From: a bacterium
GTDB taxonomy: Bacteria > UBA8248
Assembly: GCA_965203325.1 (NCBI GenBank)
Contig: OZ241875.1
Coordinates: forward strand, 320,001 to 384,000
Direction: 5' to 3'
Length of the DNA stretch: 64,000 bases
In this document: one piece after another, positions 49,596 through 58,114 of the stretch
Layout: the number at the start of each line of letters is the position of its first letter
Numbering within the stretch: the stretch's first letter is position 1
Position numbers and translations under genes: made by a program
The notes under the pieces: model-generated
Databases searched by the model: none
What the model saw: only the letters and a program-made list of their open reading frames with translations
What the model was told of the DNA's origin: nothing

Positions 49596-50240
49596 TCAAC
49601 CCCACCTGTTCACGTGCACGATCTCTTCGAGCGGACGCCGCTGGGCGGGCCGGAAATTCGTCCCCAGCGTCCAGGCCACAGGGATGAGCGCCGCCTGCAT
49701 GAAATCATCCGGCACGCCGAGAAGCTCCGCGGCTTCGGCCTCACAGCGCAGGTGCAGGGTGGTGAACACCGAACCCAGGCCGCGTGAGCGCAGCGCCAGT
49801 TGAAAACTCCACACCGCCGGGATGACGGACCCCATGAGGCCCGCCCACATGAACCGCGGCGGGTTTTCGGGCAGGAAATTCTGGATGCAGGGAATCACGT
49901 GCACGGGGGCGCGCTCGATGTTCTCGGCCAGATAGATAGCGGAATCGAACACCCGCTCGTCCTGCGCGGCGCCGCTCTCCCTCGCCTGCGCCAGACCTTC
50001 CGCGAGGTATTCATCCCCACCCTTACGGTAGAGCCGCCCGAGTTCGCGTCTCAAACCCTCATCCGTCACCACGAGCCAGCGCCAGCCCTGCCGGTTCGAG
50101 CCCGTCGGGGCCTGCAGGCCGAGTTCGAGGCAATCCATCACGACCTCCGTCGGCACATCGCGCTCGAAATCGAGCCGCTTGCGCACCGAGCGCGTCGTGG
50201 AGAGGAGTTTGTCGGTCATTTCCAGGTCAAAGTCGGCCAT
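49596..50240 (-). CDS. nitroreductase family protein
   Basis: 'TTRSVRKRLD', 'APTGSNRQGW', 'LALRSRGLGS'. Confidence 0.9.
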   Translation of the reverse strand: MADFDLEMTDKLLSTTRSVRKRLDFERDVPTEVVMDCLELGLQAPTGSNRQGWRWLVVTDEGLRRELGRLYRKGGDEYLAEGLAQARESGAAQDERVFDSAIYLAENIERAPVHVIPCIQNFLPENPPRFMWAGLMGSVIPAVWSFQLALRSRGLGSVFTTLHLRCEAEAAELLGVPDDFMQAALIPVAWTLGTNFRPAQRRPLEEIVHVNRWG

Positions 50241-50403
50241 GTGGCACTCCTTTCAGTTTCGTGTACAAGTACATTTCACGCGAGATGTGCGCCATGTTAT
50301 CAGAACGGCTTCCCGCTCGTAACGCGTCGTGCCCTCAGGTTCCCAACCGGGTAGGGTTCTTCTATAATCCCCCGAAATCCTGAACCCCATGAAGAGGAAA
50401 ACC

Positions 50404-51087
50404 ATGACGAACCAGGCAAGCGAGACGAGCAAAATCCGGCTGCTGAACCCCGATGAGGCGGCGGGCGATACGGCCCGTTTTTTCGAGGCGACGCGCGAGT
50501 TTCTGGGCCGCATCCCCAATTCCGCGCTCGCGCTGGCGAACACCCCCTACATCGCGCGCTTCTACCTCCCCTTCAACGCCACGCTCCAGCGCGAGGGCAT
50601 GGGCGGGCTTTTGACGTGCAAGATCAAGGAGATCGTCGTTCTCAAGACGAGCTTCGTCAACGCTTGCGCCTACTGAATCGCGCACAACACCGCGCTTGGT
50701 CAAGCGACGGGAATCACGGATGCGCAGATCGAGGCCATCACCTCGGACGACTACATGACATCCCCGGTTTTAAGTCCCCGTGAGCGCGCCGCCTGCCTGT
50801 GGGCGGAGCATTTTACGAGAAACACCGCGCGAGAGAACCCGGGCGTGCTCGAGGAAGTGAAGCGGCATTTCACCGACGGCGAGATTGTCGAGATGTCCCT
50901 CATGAGCGGCAAGCAGGGGATGATGAACCGCTTCATGGACTCGTTCGCCATCCCCATCGAGGAGGAGGGCGAGGTGAACAAGATCAGGAAATCCGTGCGC
51001 GGGAACCCCGAGAAGATGAAGGCCTATCTGCAATCGCTCATCGACAACTGGCCCGAGGAGTTCCCCGAACCCAACCCGGATGACTAG
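50404..51087 (+). CDS. AhpD/CMD-family probable selenoprotein (CxxU; UGA at 50674-50676)
   Basis: ORF-track pieces 50389-50676 and 50755-51087 share a frame; read-through gives 'KEIVVLKTSFVNAC-A-Y-U-IAHNTALGQATGITDAQIEAI', the AhpD CxxCxxH motif. Confidence 0.8.
50690..50710 (+). promoter_or_regulatory. candidate bacterial SECIS hairpin
   Basis: CCG-CGCTT-[GGTC]-AAGCG-A-CGG; G-starting apical loop begins 21 nt after the UGA. Confidence 0.6.
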
Positions 51088-51102
51088 GGACGCTCCCGAG
51101 AG

Positions 51103-51457
51103 GAAATGCGGGCAAATGCGGGGTCCGGAAAACTCTTTTTAATTCGATAAATTTCGATAATTTTATAATGCATTACTTTAATATATTCCAGCAAATTGCT
51201 AATTCATAATATAATATACCGTTAGTTTGACCCATGAACCTTTTCAGGAATTTATCGATATTTATCGAATTGTTCATCAATTCGAATTTCAGGGTTCCCG
51301 TCCTGGTTCGGGGCAATTTCATCGCTTGAACGTCCTCTTTCGTCTCGAACCGGCTGCGGCGGCCCGACGACGCCACCGGGTCTGCCCGCATGAACGGGCG
51401 GCCGGAGCATAACGCGGAAGCGGCGGGGAGAAGGTCCGGCAAATGCGGGGAAATGCG
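51103..51457. repeat. AT-rich dispersed element, copy 2
   Basis: GAAATGCGGGCAAATGCGGGG (51103-51123) and CAAATGCGGGGAAATGCG (51440-51457); core homologous to 12057-12242. Confidence 0.85.
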
Positions 51458-51487
51458 CGACCAACCCTCCCTGCCCCGTCAGCCCGA

Positions 51488-52522
51488 TCACAAATAATCC
51501 TTAACCTCCACCGTTTCACCCAGGCGCGAGCTCGCGTCCGCCGCGTAGACGACGGCCAGGTTCTCGTGCGCCACGCGGCCGTCGACTTCGGGCGTTCTAT
51601 CCCCGCGCACGCAATCGGCGAAATCTTCCAGCGCATCGCGGAACATGTCCCCCTCGGGCATGTCGTATACCGAATCTTCCCCGAGCGGGTCCCGGTCCAC
51701 ATGCAGGCGGATGGGTTCTGACGCCTTGGAGGGGTCGCGCCACTGCTGGCCGGTGATGCGGAAATGCGCGACGCCCTTCGTGCCGTGCACGTTCATGTGA
51801 AACGCCCAGGGGCACGCCCAGCCCCCGCCGACGTAGGAGAGCGCGCCGTTCTCGTGCTCCAGGATCATCATCGAGGTGTCATCCACGTCCTCGGTCGCAT
51901 AGGCGCGCTTTAACTTCGCGGTGACGCTCCTGATCGGCCCGTGCAGGTAGCGGAAGGTGTCGATGTGGTGGATGGACAGCTGGATGACCACGCCGGTGGG
52001 GTTGAGTTCGCGGCTCGAGCGCCATCTGTCGGGCGTGAGTTCCAGCCCACGCTCGGTGCAGAAGTTGCTCTCGCTCATCGAGATTTTCCCGATTTCGCCC
52101 GCGTCTATCAGCTCCTTCATGCGGCGCGAGACGGCCAGACGGCGCGCGCTGTGGCCCACCGCCAGCTTGACGCCCACGCCCTCCGCCGCATCGACGATGG
52201 CCCTTGAGTGCTCCAGGCTGTGCGCGATGGGCTTTTCGCAATAGACGTGCTTGCCCGCGGCGGCCAGCGCCTCGATGTGTTCCTTGTGGTTATGGTTGGG
52301 CGTCGTGAGTATGACGGCCTCGATTTCATCGTCGCTCAAAAGCGCCTCGAAGCTCTCCGCCTCTCTCGCGCCGTAGCGCTCCATGAAGGCGCGGCGCTTT
52401 TCCGCCGTGCGGCTGTAGCACGAGACGATCCTGATTTTACCGCCGCGAAGTGCTGCGTCGGCGAGCACGTTTGCCCAGCGGCCCAGCCCCATCGAGGCGA
52501 CGCGCAGGGGTTCGAACGACAT
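51488..52522 (-). CDS. Gfo/Idh/MocA family oxidoreductase
   Basis: 'GLGRWA', 'AGKHVYCEKPIA', 'IHHIDTF'. Confidence 0.9.
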   Translation of the reverse strand: MSFEPLRVASMGLGRWANVLADAALRGGKIRIVSCYSRTAEKRRAFMERYGAREAESFEALLSDDEIEAVILTTPNHNHKEHIEALAAAGKHVYCEKPIAHSLEHSRAIVDAAEGVGVKLAVGHSARRLAVSRRMKELIDAGEIGKISMSESNFCTERGLELTPDRWRSSRELNPTGVVIQLSIHHIDTFRYLHGPIRSVTAKLKRAYATEDVDDTSMMILEHENGALSYVGGGWACPWAFHMNVHGTKGVAHFRITGQQWRDPSKASEPIRLHVDRDPLGEDSVYDMPEGDMFRDALEDFADCVRGDRTPEVDGRVAHENLAVVYAADASSRLGETVEVKDYL

Positions 52523-52575
52523 GTTGTTTCTCCTTGGAGTTAAATATCCGGGTGTCGGCTGAATCCAGTATTCAT

Positions 52576-52876
52576 GGGGTTGTTGAAAAGGCCCCCCATC
52601 GAGAGTGTTCGCCGGAATGAAGGGCGTTGTGATTTCTCAAAAGGATGTTCCCGTAGGGACGCTTCGTGAAGCGCCCGTTTCTCCAGTGGGTCGTTCGCGA
52701 ACGACCCCTACGTCACAACCAGAGACGGCGACCGTAGGGGCGACCCCCTGTGGTCGCCCTGCTCCCGCGCCCGTCCTGACGAAGGACAACCATGGAAGGC
52801 AGGACAGGCACGGGGGCCTGTCCCTACGAAAACCGCAAACCCTCCCACCCTCATCGGCTTTTTCCACAACCCCCTA
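52576..52876. mobile_element. MITE-like element with GTTGTTGAAAA ends enclosing two GTAG REP pairs
   Basis: Left GGGGTTGTTGAAAAG (52576), right CTTTTTCCACAACCCCCTA (52858-52876); REP pairs 52653-52711 and ~52734-52827. Confidence 0.6.
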
Positions 52877-52920
52877 TGAGGCGAATGAAACCCTGCAAAC
52901 GCACTCCATCTCTGCCGGCG

Positions 52921-53388
52921 TCAGATACTCACCTGGAAATTGGGCAGACGCACGCCCCCTCCCGCATCCGCCGGGGCCGCGCTCAACTCCTCGAGCGTGG
53001 TTTCGCGCAGCGTCTTGTCGATGGCGTCTTCGAGTTTTTTCCAAAGCGTACGGCTTCCGCATACCGGGATGTTCGGGCACGGCGCCGAGGGAGGCGCATC
53101 GCCGCAATCGACGGGCTGAATCGTCTCGCCCACCGCGCAGAGAACGTCGCGCATGTTGATCTCAGAAGGCGGCATGGCGAGGATGTAGCCGCCTCCCGGC
53201 CCCCTCGTGCTGCTCACCAGAGAGGCCCTGCGCATTTTCACGAACAATTGTTCGAGATAGTGCTGGCTGATGCCGAGCTTGCCTGCAATCTGCGGCAGGG
53301 GCACGGGATGCGTCTGCGAATGCCTCGCCAGCTCAATCATGGCGAGCACGGCGTATCGCCCCTTGGTCGATATCTTCATCGGCGGCAT
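52921..53388 (-). CDS. Rrf2 family transcriptional regulator (IscR/CymR-like)
   Basis: 'KISTKGRYAV', 'YLEQLF', 'STRGPGGGY', Cys triad 'VDC...PC...VC'. Confidence 0.92.
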   Translation of the reverse strand: MPPMKISTKGRYAVLAMIELARHSQTHPVPLPQIAGKLGISQHYLEQLFVKMRRASLVSSTRGPGGGYILAMPPSEINMRDVLCAVGETIQPVDCGDAPPSAPCPNIPVCGSRTLWKKLEDAIDKTLRETTLEELSAAPADAGGGVRLPNFQVSI

Positions 53389-53417
53389 CCTCTCATCGTC
53401 TCTCCCTGCCCCGAACG

Positions 53418-54227
53418 CTAAACGAGCGCACCACGCCCTGAGGGAATTTTCGTCTGCTTGCTCCCGGCGAGCGCGCAGGCAGGACAATCCGGGTCCTGTG
53501 CCACGCGCACGCTCCCGACGGCGTTTTTGCGTAAATCGGCCGCCATCAGCCTGTTCGACCAGGCAGGCGCAAGCCCCTTGAGAACACGCAGCGCGTCGGC
53601 AGCCTGCGCCATGCCCACGAAACCGGCCACCGCGCCGAAAACACCCGCATCCCCGCAGTCGAGGCCGCGGGCGTCCTCGCCCTCCTCGCCCACCAGACAC
53701 CGCAGGCACGCGCTCCGGCCCGGTAGAATCGTCATCATCTGGCCGAAAAAGCGTAAAATCCCGCCCATCACCCACGGCTTGCCGGCTGCGGCGCAGGCGT
53801 CGTTCAGCGCGAGTTTGGCGGCCAGGTTGTCGCTGCCATCAACGATGACGTCATAGGGCGCGATGATTCTGGCGGCGTTCCGGCGCGTGAGTTTCTGGGG
53901 AATCATGTCCACCGCTACCTCGGCGGAGAGCCTGAATATGGAATCGGCGCCCGAGTCCACCTTCAGGCGGCCGATGTCCTCGGTCCGGTGGAGAATCTGG
54001 CGGGCCAGGTTGTCGAGCGTCACCACGTCGTGATCCGCAAGGCCGACCCGTCCCACGCCCGCCGCCGCAAGGGCGAGCGCCGCGGGACAGCCCAGGCCGC
54101 CGACCCCCACGATGAGCGCGGATGAGCGCGCCAGAGCGCTTTTTTCGCTCATGCGCGCCGTGGATGCGCTCACGGACGCCGGCGGCGCTTCATCGGGCAA
54201 CCTCGCGCGTGGATTATGAAGGCTCAC
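53418..54227 (-). CDS. ThiF/MoeB family E1-like adenylyltransferase, catalytic-type subunit lacking the N-terminal RYSR segment
   Basis: 'IVGVGGLGCP', 'DHDVVTLDNLARQ', 'DGSDN', 'CLRC', 'LDCGDAG', 'CPAC'; start GTG 54227 (GTGA overlap) or ATG 54152. Confidence 0.88.
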   Translation of the reverse strand: MSLHNPRARLPDEAPPASVSASTARMSEKSALARSSALIVGVGGLGCPAALALAAAGVGRVGLADHDVVTLDNLARQILHRTEDIGRLKVDSGADSIFRLSAEVAVDMIPQKLTRRNAARIIAPYDVIVDGSDNLAAKLALNDACAAAGKPWVMGGILRFFGQMMTILPGRSACLRCLVGEEGEDARGLDCGDAGVFGAVAGFVGMAQAADALRVLKGLAPAWSNRLMAADLRKNAVGSVRVAQDPDCPACALAGSKQTKIPSGRGALV

Positions 54228-54718
54228 GCGCTTGTCTCCTCGAGAATTTCCAGATCGCTCTCGATAAAGGTCTTTTGCTCCGCGTCCCAGGAATACACCT
54301 TCTGCCCGAGCACCATGCCTTCCCGCACGCTCATGACGACGTGCTCGGCATCGGGAAACGCCGGGATATCCCCGAAAGGAACCGCCGCATCCACGTCTTC
54401 CTGCGAGAAATAGGCGTCCTCGTCCGGGTGGCTGTGGAATATGCCGCGAACCACCTCGCCCGCCTTCTCCGCTTCTCTCACGATGCGCTCGAACTCGAAG
54501 GGATCGATCAAGAATGCGCGCCGCGCCGTCCGCGGATAAAATTCGGGGTCTTTCTCGTGCATCTCGTTCTGCACGTTCCTGCAAGGCAGGAGGGCGAGCG
54601 ATTCCTCCTGTCCCCCCTTTGTGCGTGGTGGCCCTATGATCAGCCCGCAGCACTCATCGGGATACGCCTCGCGCGCGTGGCGGTGCATCGTCTCCACCTG
54701 TTCACGATTCAGACGCAA
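54224..54718 (-). CDS. JAMM/M67 metallopeptidase (Mec-like)
   Basis: 'AYPDECCG' and 'FHSHPDEDAYFSQED' (E...HxH-x7-S-x2-D); TTG start after GGGAGG. Confidence 0.9.
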   Translation of the reverse strand: MRLNREQVETMHRHAREAYPDECCGLIIGPPRTKGGQEESLALLPCRNVQNEMHEKDPEFYPRTARRAFLIDPFEFERIVREAEKAGEVVRGIFHSHPDEDAYFSQEDVDAAVPFGDIPAFPDAEHVVMSVREGMVLGQKVYSWDAEQKTFIESDLEILEETSA

Positions 54719-54732
54719 ACCAAACCTCCCTC

Positions 54733-54960
54733 GGGTTGGTTGAAAAAGTTCTGATTCAGTGGTTTGGTTCGACGTATGTGAAGGTGTATGTCGGACATAT
54801 ATGTCCGACATATATGCGACCCTGCCCTTTACGCCTGCCAACCACGGGCCGCATATATGCGGCCCCTACACGAGCAATCGCGCCCAATGCGGGCCTGTTG
54901 AAAAAGCCTTCGTCGGTCGGCTTGATTGCCCTCTCACCTACATGAAAACCAACCCCCCCT
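54733..54960. repeat. REP/MITE composite inside the sulfur-carrier operon
   Basis: GGGTTGGTTGAAAAAG; CATATATGCGACCCTG...GGGCCGCATATATGCGGCCCCTAC; CCTGTTGAAAAAGCC; AAAACCAACCCCCC; similar order to 19212-19326. Confidence 0.75.
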
Positions 54961-54962
54961 CC

Positions 54963-55901
54963 TCAGCGCGCTTCGCTCAGGTACCTGTCCCCCCCGTCGG
55001 GGAACAGGGTGACGATAACGCCCTTGCCTATCTGCTTCGCCACCTCGCGAACGCCCACGAGCGCAGCGCCCGCCGAATGCCCGATGAAAAGACCCTCTTC
55101 CTTGGCGATGCGCTCGGCGAGGTCGTAGCTTTCCTCGGTGCTCGCCAGAATCAGATTGTCGTGCACACCCTCATCGTAAATCTTCGGGCGAATGGCCGTG
55201 GGGATGTGCTTCATGCCCTCCAGGCCGTGAAACGATTCCGAGGGCATGACCGCATGCACCACGACGCCCGGTTTTCTCTCTTTCAGGCCGCGTCCCGTGC
55301 CCACCAGGGTGCCCGTGGTGCCGAGACCCGCAATGAAATGCCCCACGCGCCCGCCTGTCTGCTCCAGAATCTCTACAGCCGTGGTCTCGACGTGGGCGAG
55401 CGGGTTCGCCGGGTTGTCGTACTGACACGGCAGGAAATACTTCTCCGGCTCATCCTGATACATCTTCGCCGCCAGGCGCTGCGCGCCGTCCGAACCCTCC
55501 AGGGGATCCGAGAGAACGATATCGGCCCCGTAGCCCTTCAAGGTCGCCTTGCGCTCGTCGCTCGCGTTCGCAGGCAGGACGAGTCGGACGGGAACCCCGA
55601 GTGCTGCGCCGATCATGGCGTAGGCGATGCCGGTGTTGCCGCTCGTGGAATCGAGCAGAATCTTGCCGGGCCGCAACGCTCCCGTTTCCAGGCCGTCCTT
55701 CACCATGAAGAGCGCCGGCCTGTCCTTCACCGAACCGCCCGGGTTGAACCACTCCGCCTTGGCGAAGACCTCCACGTCCGGGAATTCGCTCTCGAACATC
55801 TTGATTTCGAGCAGGGGGGTGTTGCCGATACACTTGATGATTGGGGAATCCTCTAAATTTCTGAACGCGCTCGCGGGATTCGCCACCGTCGATTCGACCA
55901 T
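54963..55901 (-). CDS. cysteine synthase family protein (CysM-like)
   Basis: 'IGNTPL', 'NPGGSVKDRPA', 'STSGNTG', 'GLGTTGT', 'HGLEGMK', 'FPDGGDRYLS'. Confidence 0.9.
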   Translation of the reverse strand: MVESTVANPASAFRNLEDSPIIKCIGNTPLLEIKMFESEFPDVEVFAKAEWFNPGGSVKDRPALFMVKDGLETGALRPGKILLDSTSGNTGIAYAMIGAALGVPVRLVLPANASDERKATLKGYGADIVLSDPLEGSDGAQRLAAKMYQDEPEKYFLPCQYDNPANPLAHVETTAVEILEQTGGRVGHFIAGLGTTGTLVGTGRGLKERKPGVVVHAVMPSESFHGLEGMKHIPTAIRPKIYDEGVHDNLILASTEESYDLAERIAKEEGLFIGHSAGAALVGVREVAKQIGKGVIVTLFPDGGDRYLSEAR

Positions 55902-55934
55902 TGATATGGCCCTCGCGCTTTGCTCCTGAAAATC

Positions 55935-56585
55935 TCAGGAAAAATTCGCACGCGCCTCCATCAGGCCGTGCGAAAAATCGAATCGGGCCTGCGCAGTCGA
56001 CCCCACTGTATCCATTTCATCCACCAGATGCCGCAAGGCTCTCGCGGCCAGCCATGCGCCCAAAGCGCCCTGGGCCGCCACCGTTGATGCGCCCCCTCCA
56101 GGCGGCGTCACGTCCGGCTTCCCGAAAACGCCGGGGCCCTCGTGAATTTCTCCTGACTCCCCACGGGAGACGCCTCGGAGCGCGATTTTCGCCGAAGCCT
56201 CGCATCTCTCATCAACCGGGGCTCCTTCATCGCCCAGCCGGATGAGGACGTCGAAAACCTCCCCTGCTCCCTCGCCCGGGCGAACGGGAACCAGCCTCGA
56301 ATCGGGATTGAGCCTCTTGAGGCCACTCCCCAGGCTGCCGCCAAAGAAGGCGGAGAGCGGCGATTTCGGCTTAAGCCCATCGCTCTCATCGAGCGGACAC
56401 CAGCCGATGCGTCCCACGCCCGCCGCCGCCAGATAGACCAGGGCGGTGAGCGCCGCGCTCTCCTCATCCTCCGAATATGCGATGAGGACGGAAGACGCCA
56501 GCAGGCGCTCCTGGCCGGCTCCCCCCACTTCGGGGAGAAGAATGTGGCGGCTGTAGCGCTGAATCTGCTCTTCGCTCAAGCCCAA
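55935..56585 (-). CDS. degenerate ThiF/MoeB-like protein with RYSR finger but no P-loop
   Basis: 'LSEEQIQRYSRHILLPEVGGAGQERLLASSVLI', 'YLAAAGVGRI', 'LKRLNPD', 'GALGAWLAARALR'; GxGGxG, NLxRQ and CxxC motifs absent. Confidence 0.75.
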   Translation of the reverse strand: MGLSEEQIQRYSRHILLPEVGGAGQERLLASSVLIAYSEDEESAALTALVYLAAAGVGRIGWCPLDESDGLKPKSPLSAFFGGSLGSGLKRLNPDSRLVPVRPGEGAGEVFDVLIRLGDEGAPVDERCEASAKIALRGVSRGESGEIHEGPGVFGKPDVTPPGGGASTVAAQGALGAWLAARALRHLVDEMDTVGSTAQARFDFSHGLMEARANFS

Positions 56586-56617
56586 GGGGCGACTCTCCTC
56601 TCGGAGGATGCGGACGA

Positions 56618-56896
56618 TTACAGGCCGCCCGCGATGGCCGGCACGATGGAGACCTCATCCCCATCGCTCACCGCCGTTCCCTCTCCCTGCAGAAAGCGGA
56701 TGTCCTCCTGGTTCACATAAATGTTCACGAAACGCCGCAGCTTGCCCTCCTCGTCATAGAGGCGCTGGCCGATGCCCGCGAACTGGCCCTCGAGGTTCGC
56801 GAGCACTTCCTTCACGTCCGCGCCCGCGATCTCCACGGCGTCCTGCTGCTGTGTGAACTCCTGCAAAGGTGTCGGAATACGAACCGTTACCGCCAT
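56618..56896 (-). CDS. MoaD/ThiS/CysO-type ubiquitin-like sulfur carrier, C-terminus GG-L
   Basis: 'VTVRIPTPL', 'LRRFVNIYVNQEDIRFL', 'DGDEVSIVPAIAGGL'. Confidence 0.92.
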   Translation of the reverse strand: MAVTVRIPTPLQEFTQQQDAVEIAGADVKEVLANLEGQFAGIGQRLYDEEGKLRRFVNIYVNQEDIRFLQGEGTAVSDGDEVSIVPAIAGGL

Positions 56897-56949
56897 TTCT
56901 CTCTCCTGATCTGAAAACCCCGCTCTCCGGGGATGTTGAAGTAAGATTC

Positions 56950-57909
56950 CTAACGAAAATGCTGTTCCAGACTATAATATCTCTCCCAGCCGTCGGGAAT
57001 GACAACCACCACGTTTTCCTCGGGACTCATCCGCCGCGCCACCTCAAGAGCAGCACTTACCGCCGCTCCCGCCGAAATGCCTGCGGCCATGCCCTCTTCG
57101 CGGCTCAGGGCCTTGCTCATCTCATACGCCTCCGAATCGCTGACCGGCATCACCTCGTCGATGATCGCGCGGTTCAACACAGCGGGAATGAAGCCCGCGC
57201 CGATTCCCTGAATCTGGTGCGGGCCGGGCTCCCCGCCGGAAAGAACGGGAGATGCGGCGGGCTCCACGCCGATGACGAGCGTTTCAGGTCTTCTATCCTT
57301 CAGGACCTCCCCCACCCCCGTGATGGTGCCTCCCGTCCCCACGCCCGCCACGAAAGCGTCTATGGATTCCGCGCCCATATCGCGCAGAATCTCGCGCGCC
57401 GTGGTTCTGCGGTGGATTTCCGGGTTGGCCGGGTTGTTGAACTGCTGGGGCATGAAGTAGTCCGGGTTCTCCTCCAGGATGGCTTCGGCCAGTACTAGCG
57501 AGCCGTACATGCCGCCCTCGCTGGAGCTGAAGACCACCTCGGCCCCGTAGCCCGTGAGCAGGGAGTTGCGCTCGTGGCTCATGCTCTTGCTGAGCACGAT
57601 GATCGTCTTGTAGCCGCGAATCGCGCCGATGAGCGCCAGGCCGATGCCTGTGTTGCCGCTCGTGGGCTCGATGATCGTCCCGCCGGGCTTCAGGAGGCCG
57701 CGCCGCTCGCCGTCGAGCACCATGCTGAGCGCGATGCGATCCTTCACGCTTCCGCCGGGGTTGTATTGCTCGAGCTTGGCGAATACGCGCGCGCCGGACG
57801 CATCGGGCAGGCGTTGCAGCTGAACGAGGCTCGTGCCTCCGATGCGATCGATGAGCGAGGGAAGCGCCCTCAGAATCTGGGGCGGGCGACCCCGTGTTCC
57901 CAATGCCAT
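56950..57909 (-). CDS. cysK: cysteine synthase A
   Basis: 'NPGGSVKDRIA', 'EPTSGNTGIGLA', 'PQQFNNPAN', 'GVGTGGTITG', 'PHQIQGIGAGFIP'. Confidence 0.88.
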   Translation of the reverse strand: MALGTRGRPPQILRALPSLIDRIGGTSLVQLQRLPDASGARVFAKLEQYNPGGSVKDRIALSMVLDGERRGLLKPGGTIIEPTSGNTGIGLALIGAIRGYKTIIVLSKSMSHERNSLLTGYGAEVVFSSSEGGMYGSLVLAEAILEENPDYFMPQQFNNPANPEIHRRTTAREILRDMGAESIDAFVAGVGTGGTITGVGEVLKDRRPETLVIGVEPAASPVLSGGEPGPHQIQGIGAGFIPAVLNRAIIDEVMPVSDSEAYEMSKALSREEGMAAGISAGAAVSAALEVARRMSPEENVVVVIPDGWERYYSLEQHFR

Positions 57910-58114
57910 GAAAGTGCCCTTCCAGTTCTTTTTATACGGACCCAGACGAGCGTGAGCCTATAATTCCCAAACAAATTTGTCAAGAATTCCATCTTAAAGA
58001 GATTTCCCGTTTTTTCTCCTCCTCGACATATTCCCGACATACTCCCAATATATTCTCGGTGTGCTACATTTTCATGTCGCATCGCCTTATGATGTGACGC
58101 GAAAGGAGAAAGAC

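Noticed and set aside
49483..49600. Island integrated at tRNA-Glu (or tRNA-Gln at 4633)
   Set aside because: No integrase and no duplicated tRNA 3' end seen in the window.
50389..51087. Two separate small genes or a nonsense pseudogene
   Set aside because: The single TGA falls exactly on a catalytic Cys position with a SECIS-like hairpin downstream and no other lesions.
54228..54653. N-terminal extension of the MoeB-like ORF (411 aa in the ORF track)
   Set aside because: It overlaps the JAMM gene in another frame, is low-complexity R/G-rich, and contains no RYSR motif.
57910..58114. TPP riboswitch upstream of thiD
   Set aside because: No CTGAGA or other TPP aptamer core seen; the region looks like a divergent promoter.
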